This document shows positions 23,790 to 40,410 of a DNA stretch of 64,000 nucleotides, piece by piece. Made by a program: the position numbers and the translations under genes. Source of the DNA: Macrostomum lignano. Lineage: Eukaryota. The notes under the pieces were generated by a model. The model saw only the letters and a program-made list of their open reading frames with translations, had not been told where the DNA came from and ran no database searches. The stretch lies in the NCBI GenBank assembly GCA_002269645.1, contig NIVC01000460.1:62001-126000 (forward strand), given 5' to 3'. Each line of letters begins with the position of its first letter. The first letter of the stretch is position 1.

Positions 23790-24722
23790 ATGGTATGGGA
23801 TCTCACTTCCCCACCCGATTCTCCCAATACACTATGGTATGGGATCTCACTTCCGTATCTGATTCTCCCAATACACTATGGTATAGGATCTCACTTCCCC
23901 ATCCCATTCTCCCAATACACTATGAGATGGGATCTCAACTTCCCCATCCCATTCTCCCAATACACTGTGGGATGGGATCTCACTTCCCCATCCCATTCTC
24001 CCAATACACTGTGGGATGGGATCTCACTTCCCCATCCCATTCTCCCAATACACTATGAGATGGGATCTCAACTTCCCCATCCCATTCTCCCAATACACTA
24101 TGAGATGGGATCTCAACTTCCCCATCCCATTCTCCCAATACACTATGAGATGGGATCTCAACTTCCCCATCCCATTCTCCCAATACACTATGAGATGGGA
24201 TCTCAACTTCCCCATCCCATTCTCCCAATACACTATGAGATGGGATCTCAACTTCCCCATCCCATTCTCCCAATACACTGTGGGATGGGATCTCACTTCC
24301 CCATCCCATTCTCCCAATACACTGTGGGATGGGATCTCACTTCCCCATCCCATTCTCCCAATACACTATGAGATGGGATCTCAACTTCCCCATCCCATTC
24401 TCCCAATACACTATGAGATGGGATCTCAACTTCCCCATCCCATTCTCCCAATACACTATGAGATGGGATCTCAACTTCCCCATCCCATTCTCCCAATACA
24501 CTATGAGATGGGATCTCAACTTCCCCATCCCATTCTCCCAATACACTATGAGATGGGATCTCAACTTCCCCATCCCATTCTCCCAATACACTATGAGATG
24601 GGATCTCAACTTCCCCATCCCATTCTCCCAATACACTATGAGATGGGATCTCAACTTCCCCATCCCATTCTCCCAATACACTATGAGATGGGATCTCAAC
24701 TTCCCCATCCCATTCGCCCAAT
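23790..24722. repeat. 44/45-bp hairpin-containing minisatellite CCCCATCCCATTCTCCCAATACACTATGAGATGGGATCTCAACTT
   Basis: Direct reading; internal inverted segments TGAGAT-GGG-ATCTCA. Confidence 0.95.
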
Positions 24723-25435
24723 ACAATTGCGCATATCTCAGACAAAACTGCAACACACTAATAAAATGGAATGTACCTAAATAGTTTTTAAACAAACTTG
24801 AAGATTAAGCCGTTAAACAGACAATAACTGCATATTTCATTGCAAAATATACGCATAAAAATACAATGTATTACAATTGTTGCTTCGGCTTATGGATTAT
24901 TTCGATACAGCTAGGCTCACGAAATTCAAGAACACAGGTTAAATTTTGTTGCGCACCTTGTCAAACCAGAATCAAGTAACCAGTCCGTCGAGATATTCAA
25001 CGGTTCTGCCAGAAGGTCAGATTTTTTCCCATAAGCGCCAGTGTATTCAATACACCCCTCAGTGCGGTCTTGCCAATTAAAGCCTCCAAATTTTATCAGC
25101 GTTGACCACCTGTCTGCATCAGCTCTGATTTCTGCTTCTGGACCTTCGAAAGGTGGCACCATGCAAGTAACTATGGACACCAGGGAAAATCCCCTTTCTT
25201 GGTAGTTCTACTGTTAAAAAGACAATCAAGTAGAGAATTTCAAAGCCTGTATTCTGACCGCAGACTTTATTGGCTGTTGTCGAATGCAGTTCCGTGGCAG
25301 TGGGTGAACTTGGAGCTTTGACGATTGCTCACGAAATGGCTGACTTGAGGGGGGCTGCGTAAGTGATGTACTAACCGCGGCCACCTCTGCTTAACTTTTA
25401 CAGGCGCTGACCTTCTTTGTACCTACATGTATGCC

Positions 25436-25735
25436 AATAATAATAATAATATCTGATTACACCTGCCCTAATGTGCAGATGTGCAACCGACAGCTCAGCC
25501 GCAGCTATTGCGCGGCGCATCTGAAGGCTGCGTACGGCTGTTCAGTCCAGGGACTGGGGGGTCGCCACACACCCTCAATTACCCCAGCTAATGCTGGCAC
25601 CCATTTTACAGCTGGGTGAACTGAAGCAATGCAGAGTTAAGTGTCTTGCTCAAGGACACAAACTGTTCCGAGTAGGTTGAGAATCGAACCCCCGACCTTT
25701 CAGTCGTGAGTCCAATGCTCTGACCCACTGGAACA
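25436..25735 (-). mobile_element. tRNA-derived SINE with CORE-like central domain and (ATT)n tail
   Basis: On the minus strand: A-box-like TGGGTCAGAGC and B-box GGTTCGATTC (25681-25690); then TGTGTCCTTGAGCAAGACACTTAAC...CAGTTCACCCAGCTGTAAAATGGG, matching the MIR/CORE-SINE core pattern; tail (ATT)n at 25436-25451. Confidence 0.75.
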
Positions 25736-26144
25736 ATTTGTGTACTTGAGCAAACATGTATTATTTCAAAGAAATTAAGAAATAATTAACACAAAAATAC
25801 GGATAATAAGGCAAGTTTTTTCAATTCTTTATGCGAAAAATGCAGTTTCCCGAATCAGTCATAATAATTAGTATACTTTTTACTGTCAAATGCTTTCTAC
25901 AGAACAACAACTTGGAGCAGTGCATTTTAAAGGACAAACATTTTTTCCAAATCATTAAATTGTCTTGATAGGAGTCACCCGTCAACTGAGGCTGCGAATC
26001 CTAAACTTATCAATGAAAATACCTAAATTTTCTTAAAATCGCGGATCAAGGAATCCCAAATTATGTGAGAATCTCAACTTATTTTGGCATCCATGCTGAT
26101 TATAAATCCCTACTGCTGAAATCCATATTTACTTAACATCCCAA

Positions 26145-26480
26145 GAAAAGAAATCATATAAGATCCCAAATCCCTATAAGATCCGAAATCCCTATAAGAT
26201 CCCAAATCCCTAAAAGATCCGAAATCCCTATAAGATCCCAAGTCGCTATAAGATCCCAAATCCCTTAAAAATCCCAAATCGATATAATGAGTCCTATACA
26301 TGTAGGATCCAAATCCAAATCCGTATAAAATCCCAAATCTGAATAGGATCCCAAATCCCTGAAAGATTCCAAATCCTAATAAGATCCCGAATCCCTATAA
26401 GATCCCAAAATCCCTTAAAGATCCAGAAATCTTATAAAATCCCAAATCCCTATAAAATCCAAATCCCTAAAAGATCCAAA
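26145..26480. repeat. 18-bp minisatellite AGATCCCAAATCCCTATA
   Basis: Direct reading; downstream of the UTP25 stop. Confidence 0.9.
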
Positions 26481-26567
26481 TTTGCTGCTAGAAATCCCAA
26501 AACACTCCAATGCTAAACAAATCCTATAGAGTCAAGGAAGTCCCAGCAGATCAGTAGGACAGGCGGG

Positions 26568-29500
26568 TCACACGGGACCGGCCCTGGCCAGCTCCCCCGC
26601 CCGCCTCGGGCCGCACAGAGGAGCCACCGAGTGCCAATCGGTGGCGCTGTCGACCAGAATGGCGCAGGCGGGGGCGGCAGGCGCGGCGTCGGCGAGAGCC
26701 AGGCGGCAGAGCTCCTCAAAGAAGGCCGGGTGAGTCGGGGGCCCGTAGAAGAGCAGGTTGCGGATGCCTCTCAGCCGCTGCCGGTGGTAGAAATGGTAGC
26801 GCTCAGAGTAGAGCAGGATTCGAACCTGGCCTTCGCGGAACAGGCCTTGGTAGCTGCGGAGAGCAGGTCGGGGTTGACTACTCTTAACTAATATTGTTTG
26901 GAGTCGAATTAAACAATTTTAAGAGAAAATCTCACCCAAAGACTTTCAAATCTTATTCTAGAGACTTTCAAATCTCATTCTAGAGACTTTCAAACTCACC
27001 CTATAACAGATTTTCAAACCTCATCCTAGAGACTTTCAAATTTCACCCCATATATTTTTAAATCTCACCCCATATATTTTCAAATCTCACCCAGAGATTT
27101 TCAAATCTCACCCGATAGATTTTCAAATCTCACCCTATAACAGATTTTCAAATCTCACCCCATATATTTTTAAATCTCACCCCATATATTTACAAATCTC
27201 ACCCAGAGACTTTCAAATCTCACCCCGATAGATTTTCAAATCTCACCCTATAGACTTTCAAATCTCACCCGATAGATTTTCAAATCTCACCCTATAGACT
27301 TTCAAATCTCACCCTATAGATCTTCAAGACTCACCTTAGACTTTCAAATCTCACCCTAGGGAATTTCAAATCTCAGTTAAAGATTTTCTAATCTCATCCC
27401 ATATATATTTTCAAATCTCACACAGAGACTTTCGAATCTCACCCTATAGATTCTAGAATCTCACTCTATAACAAATTTTCAAATCTCACCCAAAGATTTA
27501 TAAATCTCACCCCAAGATCAAGTAATCCCAAATTATGTGAGAATCTTAAGCTGTTTGGCATCCTTATTGATTATAAATCCTTAATCCTGAAAAATCTCAA
27601 ATTACTTTAATAAAAATGCCAGATTAAAATCCCTCTTAATAAAAATTCAAAATTCTTAAAATTCCCAACCCGAAAAATTCAGACCTCACTTTTAGATAAA
27701 AACATCTTTACTCTTAAGACAGAAAAAAACACTTCTAAATTGAAAATATCCATCCTGCTAAAAATCTTGCCCTCAACATTTAAAATCTAATCCCTAGATA
27801 GAAAATCACTCTAAATCAACACCTGATCTCACCCTGAGGTTTAAAATCTCACACTAGGATTTGTTATCTTTCCTTGAGATTTGAAATCTCACCCTGAGAT
27901 TTGAATCCCACACTTAGAATTGAAATATCTCATTGAGATTTGCAATCTCTCCCTGAGATTTGTAATCCCACCCTGAAATTTGAAATCTCATCCTGATATT
28001 TGAAATCTCACCCTGAGATTTGAAATCTCACCCTGGGATTTAAATCCCACACTTAGATTTGAAATATCTCATTGAGATTTGCAATCTTTCTCTGAGATTT
28101 TATCTCACCCTGAGATTTGAAATATCTCCCTGAGATTTGTAATCTCACCTTGAGATTTGTAATCTCACCCTGAGATTTGTAATCTCACCCTGAGATTTGT
28201 AATCTCACCCTGAGATTTGAAATATCTTCATTCAAGATTGAAATCTCAACCTCTATCTAGCCTGCCGGACACTGGAAAAGCATTCACCCTCCTTCCTTCC
28301 CCAGCCCGAACCTGGCAGCCTTATTCGCGGGCGTGTACTCGCTGATCGCGCAAAAGTCCAAGCTCTCCTTGCGCAGCTCCGCCCTCAGGTCCGCCCAGTC
28401 CAGGTAGCTGGGCGCGTACACCAGCACCCGGATCAGGCGCTGGCCCTCGCGTAGCCATGGCAACAGGCGCCGACGGAAAGCGGCCAGACGAGCCGTCGAA
28501 GCCTCGGCCGGGCCGGACGAAGCGAACTGGACGAACCGGACGGCCAGGGGCCCGGCGCCGACGGACGCCAGCGGGCCGCCAAGCAGACCGGCTTCGCCGT
28601 ACAGACCGGCGTAGTACGGCCTCAGAGCCAGCTTGCCGCGCCAGTTGCGCATGTGGCCGCCAAACAGGCCGCTCAGCTCTGGGAAGCGGACGCCAGACAG
28701 GCAGACTGTCTGCCGGTACAGGCTGGCTCGGCCTTCCAGGTACCTGAGAGGTGGTACGTGGGATTAGTTAGTTAGGCCAGTCTGTCTGTCTTAGTGTCTA
28801 TCAGATCAGGTCAGATGAGGTGAGGTCAGGTGAGGTAAGGTGAGGTCAGGTCAGGTGAGGTCAGGTGAGGTCAGGTCAGGTCAGGTCAGGTGAAGTCAGG
28901 TGAGGTGAGGTGAGGTGAGGTGAGGTCAGTCAGTCAGTCAGTCAGTCAGTCAGTCAGCAAGCAAACGCACCAGAGCCGACACCGGAACAGATCAGCCTCG
29001 CCAGTGTCCTCCGGTATCCGGTTGGCAGCCTCAACAATGTCGAGCACTCGGCACCAGTTCTGAGCAGCAATCGAGTCAGCCTGATCGATGATCAGCAGCT
29101 CCAGAGAGCTCAGCAGGCGCGGCTGTTCAGCCACAATATCCGCCAGGCCCAGAGGCGAGGCAACAATAAGATCCGAAGCCAGAAACGGCGTGTACAACTT
29201 CAATGTCCGCTTGGCAACGGCGATACCCAATCGGAAATCGTCATCAGAGTTGGCGCCGAACAGTTCCTCAAAATCTGGCGGCTTCTTGCCGCGTCGCCTG
29301 TCCGAGTCTGATGAAGCCGAACTGCAGCGAAACTCGCGAAGGAACCGAGCCCGATGACTGACCAGAGCTCCGGCCGGCAGCAGGGAGATTAAAGTTTCCA
29401 CGGCTTTCAATGCCGACTCCCTGACTGGAAGCAGCAAGAGAACCCTGGGCCTGGCGAAGCCTTGATCGCGCAGACTCTCAGGATCCGCAGCTGATGATGA

Positions 29501-30091
29501 AGAGTTATTCCTAAGCACCAGACGCCGTGTCTGATACAGGTGGTTGAGCAGGTGCAGACAGTAGCACAGGCGGATCCTGTCGGCACTCTCTGGCCCAGGC
29601 CGCCGGTCGCACAGTGTCAAATCTCTGTAGCCAGTGAGCAGCCTCAGCAAACTGCTCCATCTGTCACCCAGGCCAGCCGCCGCCTCAGCTGCTGGCCTGA
29701 GAAAGCTGACAAAATCAGCTGACAAACTGTCAGAGTCGGAGGCTAGTCGGGTTTTCAGTTCGTCAAGACACCGGGGCAGCTTGTAGAGATAGGCCTGCTC
29801 GCCGACAAAGCCGGGCAGTTCAAGGCTGGCTGAGAGGCACTGGCCATCGCGCAGAGTGCTGGTCTCCGAGTCGGTGAGCACAGCAGATAAGTGCCGGTGA
29901 AAACTGCTATTGGCAAAGGAACTCTTTGCCGTTGAAGAGGACCGACTGTCTACAGGACGAGATCGTTTCGCTTTTGAAGCAGAAGTTTCGCTGTCGGTTT
30001 CGCTGTCGGTGCTGCTTTCGTCTTTGAGAGCTTCGGCTGGTCGCTTCGGCGGCAGCTTTGCCAAGGAGTTCGGCTGGGCGGCGGTGGCCAT
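26568..30091 (-). CDS. UTP25: U3 snoRNA-associated protein 25 (DIEXF/Def), ~612 aa. Exons 30091-28971, 28743-28312, 26853-26568
   Basis: Family motifs RDQGFARPRVLLLLP, DDFRLGIAV, LYTPFLASDLIVASPLGL, LSSLELLIIDQAD, QNW, RQT, SEYT, LLYSERYHFY.R.R.RGI..L.FYGPP. Both junctions GT-AG in phase 2. Confidence 0.92.
26940..28250. repeat. Two intronic arrays: ~23-bp AGACTTTCAAATCTCACCCTAT (26940-27520) and ~20-bp palindromic CCCTGAGATTTGAAATCTCA (27820-28250)
   Basis: Direct reading within UTP25 intron 2. Confidence 0.85.
28805..28957. repeat. (GGTGA/GGTCA)n then (GTCA)n filling UTP25 intron 1
   Basis: Direct reading. Confidence 0.9.
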
Positions 30092-30299
30092 GAAATATGA
30101 AACATTATGTACTTTAGTAATGATAACTGTTGGGATTAGAAACTGGGAGGGGTGGAAAGAGTGGGAGAAAGGAAGGGAAGGGGGGAGGAGGGAATGGACA
30201 GAGGATGAGAGGAGGGGAAGAGGGGAGATGGAAGAGAAGAGGGGAAGGAAAGGGAAGAGGGGAAGAGGGGAAGAAGGAAAGGGAAGAGGGGAAGAGGGA

Positions 30300-30930
30300 C
30301 CCAGGAAGGTAATAAAGGAAGGGGAAGAGGGAAGGGGGAAGGTAATAAAGGAAGGGGAAGAGGGAAAGGAGGAAGGTAATAAAGGAAGGGGAAGAGGGAA
30401 GGGGGGAAGGTAATAAAGGAAGGGGAAGAGGGAAGGGGGGAAGGTAATAAAGGAAGGGGAAGAGGGAAGGGGGGAAGGTAATAAAGGAAGGGGAAGAGGG
30501 AAGGGGGGAAGGTAATAAAGGAAGGGGAAGAGGGAAGGGGGAAGGTAATAAAGGAAGGGGAAGAGGGAAGGGGGAAGGTAATAAAGGAAGGGGAAGAGGG
30601 AAGGGGGGAAGGTAATAAAGGAAGGGGAAGAGGGAAGGGGGAAGGTAATAAAGGAAGGGGAAGAGGGAAGGGGGAAGGTAATAAAGGAAGGGGAAGAGGG
30701 AAGGGGGGAAGGTAATAAAGGAAGGGGAAGAGGGAAGGGGGGAAGGTAATAAAGGAAGGGGAAGAGGGAAGGGGGGAAGGTAATAAAGGAAGGGGAAGAG
30801 GGAAGGGGGGAAGGTAATAAAGGAAGGGGAAGAGGGAAGGGGGAAGGTAATAAAGGAAGGGGAAGAGGGAAGGGAGGAAGGTAATAAAGGAAGGGGAAGA
30901 GGGAAGGGGGGAAGGTAATAAAGGAAGAGG
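30300..30930. repeat. 33-34-bp purine-rich minisatellite GAAGGTAATAAAGGAAGGGGAAGAGGGAAGGGG
   Basis: Direct reading, between TCEANC2 and UTP25. Confidence 0.95.
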
Positions 30931-31116
30931 AAATGTCCAGTTGAAAAATTGACACAAATCCAGACAGCATAATGAAAAAAATGAAAGCAAGCAAGTTCGT
31001 ATTAAATTGTATTATTTGTATTGTATTTCAATTTAAATGCACTGCAATAAACAGACGAATGATAAAAGTAACATTGGATTTCGGAGCGCAATATAATTAA
31101 AGCATTAGCAAACTTG

Positions 31117-31797
31117 TCAACCAGTCAGAGCAGCCAGAAGCCCCTTATAGTCGGCGTCAGCAGCAGTGGCAGCCGCCCGCAGGCTGGCATCCGACCTCAG
31201 TCTAGCCGTCACCCGCCTGGCCGCTTGCCAATAATTATGACCAACTAAGCTGCGGTAATTAAAGAACAGCTGTCGCTCAATGCCGACAGCGGCTGGCGAG
31301 TCCTCCGAGCAGCTCAACGCAGCAGCCAGCAGCTGTCGGGTCCGCCTTCGCTGCTCTGTACAGGCGGCGTCGCAGGCCACGTCCAGCTGCTGACGGCTCT
31401 GAACTTCGATAAAATGAGCCAGCCAGGAGTCGCAGATCGCGCTAGCCGCCCTGGCAACTTCAGCATCCGGATGGTTGGTCAATCGTTTCACGTGAGCGCC
31501 AATCTTGGTGAGTTTGAGCAGCTCCCTGCTAGGCTGCTTGGCTGCCAGCTTATTCAGAGTGTCCAGCAGCTGACCCGAGCTGCATCTCTCCGGAGCTCTC
31601 AGTACCTCCTTGTAGCGGTACAGGTCTTCCACCACGACAACGCCGCGCATGTCGGTGATGCGCACCTGCCGGCTGGAGCCCGAGGAGACGCCGAGGCCGC
31701 CGCCTGTGTCCGGCTGTCGCTTTAGAAAATTGTCGATTCGAATTTGACGCAGCCGGCCGTCGCCTTGCGGCCGTCTGGATGAAGCTCGGGGCGGAGA
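31117..31797 (-). CDS. TCEANC2: Transcription elongation factor A N-terminal and central domain-containing protein 2; main exon, start codon not in this exon
   Basis: RQVRITDMRGVVVVEDLYRYKEVL...PSRELLKLTKIGAHVKRLTNHPDAEVARAASAICDSW...IERQLF...Y..AARRVTARLR matches the TCEANC2 layout including the TFIIS N-terminal (LW) domain. Acceptor CCCCCAG at 31798-31804. Confidence 0.85.
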   Translation of the reverse strand, partial: SPPRASSRRPQGDGRLRQIRIDNFLKRQPDTGGGLGVSSGSSRQVRITDMRGVVVVEDLYRYKEVLRAPERCSSGQLLDTLNKLAAKQPSRELLKLTKIGAHVKRLTNHPDAEVARAASAICDSWLAHFIEVQSRQQLDVACDAACTEQRRRTRQLLAAALSCSEDSPAAVGIERQLFFNYRSLVGHNYWQAARRVTARLRSDASLRAAATAADADYKGLLAALTG

Positions 31798-32079
31798 CTG
31801 GGGGGATGTGGGAGTTTTGTTTATAGTAGCAATCGACAATTAAAAAATTTTCTAAGGACATCTATAAGACGATTGGGACCTATAAATGGATCTATAAGAC
31901 AGCCTACAGGATCTATAGAGATAGATAGATCCAAAGATCACTGTAGTATAACAGGACGTAAAACTCAAGGATCGTGTAATTTTTAGGGGGCCGATTTTCT
32001 GGAAATACACTGCAGTGATTTAGAATTAGAATTAGATTTAGACAATAGACAATAGACCTCAATAAGACAGTAGAAATCT

Positions 32080-34140
32080 ACAGAGATCTTTAAGACAGTA
32101 GAAATCTACAGAGATCTATAAAACAGCATAAATCTACAGATATCTATAAAACAGCATAAATCTACAGAGATCTATAAGACAGTAGAAATCTACAGAGATC
32201 TATAAGACAGTAGAAATCTACAGAGATCTATAAGACAGCATAAATCTACAGAGATCTATAAGACAGTAGAAACCTACAGAGATCTATAAGACAGCATAAA
32301 TCTACAGAGATCTATAAGACAGTAGAAACCTACAGAGATCTATAAGACAGCATAAACCTACAGAGATCTATAAGACAGTAGAAACCTACAGAGATCTATA
32401 AGACAGCATAAACCTACAGAGATCTATAAGACAGCATAAATCTACAGAGATCTATAAGACAGTAGAAATCTACAGAGATCTATAAAACAGCATAAATCTA
32501 CAGAGATCTATAAGACAGTTGAAATCTACAGAGGTCTATAAGACAGTAGAAATCTACAGAGATCTATAAAACAGCATAAATCTACAGAGATCTATAAGAC
32601 AGTAGAAATCTACAGAGATCTATAAGACAGTAGAAATCTGCAGAGATCTAGAAGACAGTAGAAATCTGCAGAGATCTATAAGACAGTAGAAATCTACAGA
32701 GATCTATAAGACAGTAGAAATCTACAGAGGTCTATAAGACAGTAGAAATCTACAGAGATCTATAAGACAGTAGAAATCTACAGGTCTATAAGACAGTAGA
32801 AATCTGCAGAGATCTATAAGACAGTAGAAACCTACAGAGATCTATAAGACAGCATAAACCTACAGAGATCTATAAGACAGTAGAAATCTACAGAGGTCTA
32901 TAAGACAGTAGAAATCTGCAGAGATCTATAAGACAGTAGAAATCTACAGAGATCTATAAGACAGTAGAAATCTACAGAGATCTATAAGACAGTAGAAATC
33001 TGCAGAGATCTATAAGACAGTAGAAATCTACAGAGATCTATAAAACAGCATAAATCTACACAGATCTATAAGACAGTAGAAATCTGCAGAGATCTATAAG
33101 ACAGTAGAAATCTACAGAGATCTATAAAACAGTATAAATCTACACAGATCTATAAGACAGTAGAAATCTACAGAGATCTATAAGACAGTAGAAATCTACA
33201 GAGATCTATAAGACAGTAGAAATCTGCAGAGATCTAGAAGACAGTAGAAATCTACAGAGATCTAGAAGACAGTAGAAATCTACAGAGATCTATAAGACAG
33301 TAGAAATCTGCAGAGATCTAGAAGACAGTAGAAATCTACAGAGATCTAGAAGACAGTAGAAATCTACAGAGGTCTATAAGACAGTAGAAATCTACAGAGG
33401 TCTATAAGACAGTAGAAATCTACAGAGATCTATAAGACAGTAGAAATCTGCAGAGATCTAGAAGACAGCATAAATCTACAGAGATCTATAAGACAGTAGA
33501 AATCTGCAGAGATCTAGAAGACAGCATAAATCTACAGAGATCTAGAACATAGTAGAAATCTACAGAGATCTATAAGACAGTAGAAATCTACAGAGATCTA
33601 GAAGAAAGCATAAATCTACAGAGATCTAGAAGACAGTAGAAATCTGCAGAGATCTAGAAGACAGTAGAAATCTACAGAGATCTATAAAACAGCATAAATC
33701 TACAGAGGTCTATAAGACAGTAGAAATCTACAGAGGTCTATAAGACAGTAGAAATCTACAGAGATCTATAAGACAGTAGAAATCTGCAGAGATCTAGAAG
33801 ACAGCATAAATCTACAGAGATCTATAAGACAGTAGAAATCTGCAGAGATCTAGAAGACAGCATAAATCTACAGAGATCTATAAGACAGTAGAAATCTGCA
33901 GAGATCTAGAAGACAGCATAAATCTACAGAGATCTAGAACATAGTAGAAATCTACAGAGATCTATAAGACAGTAGAAATCTACAGAGATCTAGAAGAAAG
34001 CATAAATCTACAGAGATCTAGAAGACAGTAGAAATCTACAGAGGTCTATAAGACAGTAGAAATCTAAAGAGGTCTATAAGGCAGTAGAAATCTACAGAGA
34101 TCTATAAGACAGCATAAATCTACAGAGATCTATAAGACAG
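32080..34140. repeat. 28-bp minisatellite CTATAAGACAGTAGAAATCTACAGAGAT, about 70 copies
   Basis: Direct reading. Confidence 0.95.
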
Positions 34141-35129
34141 CCTTCATTCCTAGAGAGCTTTACTGGCAGTCAGAATCGTCAAAGATAGCATTAAGCAAAC
34201 AGGTCTGACCCATTTAGCTTAGCACAGTGAAGCCAGACGTGGCAGAAAAGCTATTTCCAGCATAAATACAAATTTAGCATCACCGAAGACTTATCTCAAA
34301 TTTGAGAAATTTCGCCTAGAATCCCTCTCACCCCCACCCATCTCAAATGGCGAATATATAGCTAGCAAAAGGTCTAAAGTACTTCTGAATAGAAACTCGG
34401 CTATAAAGCAAACAGGCAGAGAGCCCCGGGCCTGTCACACACAGAAACAGCTCGAGCGGATTAACGATAGGCCGACCCTTCCAGAGAGCGGCTGAGCGTG
34501 AGGCGGTGTACGATGGCGCGCACACAACAGCCATGGCATAAACGAAATGAGTCTGGATAGGGGGATCAGGGATCAGGGAGAAACGAGAGCGACCCTGTTG
34601 TAGCAATTCGCAACTAATAAAAAAATATGCTCAGCCATCGCCATTGAAGCCATCTCTATAGTGTAGCATGCGCTGAGCATTGCAGCTCTTATTATCTCAA
34701 ATAGCAACATTTCACAAGCCTGAGTTAGAAACAAAAATAATTAAGATAGATCTTTACAAATAAATGGTTTAACAGTAAGATAGAAGCGAAGTCATTTCTC
34801 AATTTATTTACTTAATTATTTATAAGAAGTAACAAGAGTGACTATGCCAATTAGGTGTTCTAAAAAAGATTACTGAAAACAATATTACCTGTAATAATCG
34901 CATTGACATTATTATTAACTACAGTATTAAATTATTTTGAAACTTTCAGAAACATTTACGTAATTTCGTAGAACGTGAATTCATTTAAAAATTGCCTGAC
35001 AGGATTTCCCCTCCCCCGAAAATTTCCTACAAAATGGAATTCCCAAACGTCGGTAACTGCCACTGATTCACCTTGACGGGAATTCCCCAGGATAGCCCGG
35101 TATGGGAATCCCCACAATTTCTACGACGG

Positions 35130-35760
35130 GAATTCCCAATAATTTTTCATAACGGGAATTCCTCAGATTTTCCATGACAAGAATTCCCCAGGATTTCCGA
35201 GTACGGGAATTCCCTAGGGGTTTCCCACGACGGTATTTTTCCAGGGTTTTCCAGTACGGAATTCCTCAGGATTTCCCACAATTTCCCACGAAGGGAATTC
35301 CTCAGGATTTCCCACGAAAGGAATTCCTCAGGATTTCTCACGAAAGGAATTCCTCAGGATTTTGATCGAAGGGGATTCCTCAGGATTTCTCACGAAAGGA
35401 ATTCCTCAGGATTTTGATCGAAGGGGATTCCTCAGGATTTTGATCGAAGGGGATTCCTCAGGATTTCCCACGATTTCCCACGAAGGGAATTCCTCAGGAT
35501 TTCTCACGAAAGGAATTCCTCAGGATATCTCACGAAAGGAATTCCTCAGGATTTCGATCGAAGGGGATTCCTCAGGATTTCGATCGAAGGGGATTCCTCA
35601 GGATTTCCCACGAAGGGGATTCCTCAGGATTCCCCAAAAAGGGAATTCCTAGGATTTCCATCGAAGGGAATTCCTCAGGATCTCCCACGAAGGGAATTTC
35701 TCGGGATTTCCCACGAATTGAATTCCTCAGCATTTCCTACGAAAGGATTTCCCCAGATAT
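35130..35760. repeat. ~26-bp minisatellite GGAATTCCTCAGGATTTCCCACGAAA
   Basis: Direct reading; downstream of the acyl-CoA oxidase stop. Confidence 0.9.
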
Positions 35761-35872
35761 CTTAGAAAAACCGGAAGTAGAGTTGAATATTTACTTCTGA
35801 TGGAAACTATATAAGTGATGATATTAGCAAAAAATTATGGTGAAGTTCAAAGAAATCGGTATCGAAGGCTTC

Positions 35873-39868
<3,996 letters not shown>

Positions 39869-39944
39869 TGCTGCTTGATGCCGGCTTTTTTAAAGCTGAG
39901 GAACATTTAGACAAGCGGACAGTAAGGGAGAAATATCCTTAGCG

Positions 39945-40410
39945 TTTGAGGATCTGGGATGCAGGCCCAGCAACTGGGGATCCGAGAGGCTGGCCCAGCA
40001 GCTGGGGATCTGAGAGGCTGGCCCAGCAACTGAGGATCTGGGAGGCTGGCCCAGCAACTGAGGATCTTGGAGGCTGGCCCAGCAACTGAGGATCTGAGAG
40101 GCTGGCCCAGCAACTGAGGATCTGAGAGGCTGGCCAAGCAACTGAGGATCTGGGAGGCTGGCCCAGCAACTGAGGATCTGAGAGGCTGGCCCAGCAACTG
40201 AGGATCTGAGAGGCTGGCCAAGCAACTGAGGATCTGGGAGGCTGGCCCAGCAACTGAGGATCTGAGAGGCTGGCCAAGCAACTGAGGATCTGGGAGGCTG
40301 GCCGAGCAACTGAGGATCTGGGAGGCTGGCCCAGCAACTGAGGATCTGGGAGGCTGGCCGAGCAACTGAGGATCTGGGAGGCTGGCTCAGCAACTGAGGA
40401 TCTGGGAGGG
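39945..40410. repeat. 28-bp minisatellite GGCTGGCCCAGCAACTGAGGATCTGGGA
   Basis: Direct reading. Confidence 0.95.

Noticed and set aside
25680-25735. tRNA gene
   Set aside because: The A/B boxes belong to a SINE head continuing into a CORE domain; no complete cloverleaf is evident.
28946-30994. 682-aa ORF implying a long N-terminal extension of UTP25 (in-frame ATG at 30970)
   Set aside because: The extension is the translated 33-34-bp purine array. A good acceptor lies 35 nt before the ATG at 30091, and the ORF's 3' end runs into intron 1.
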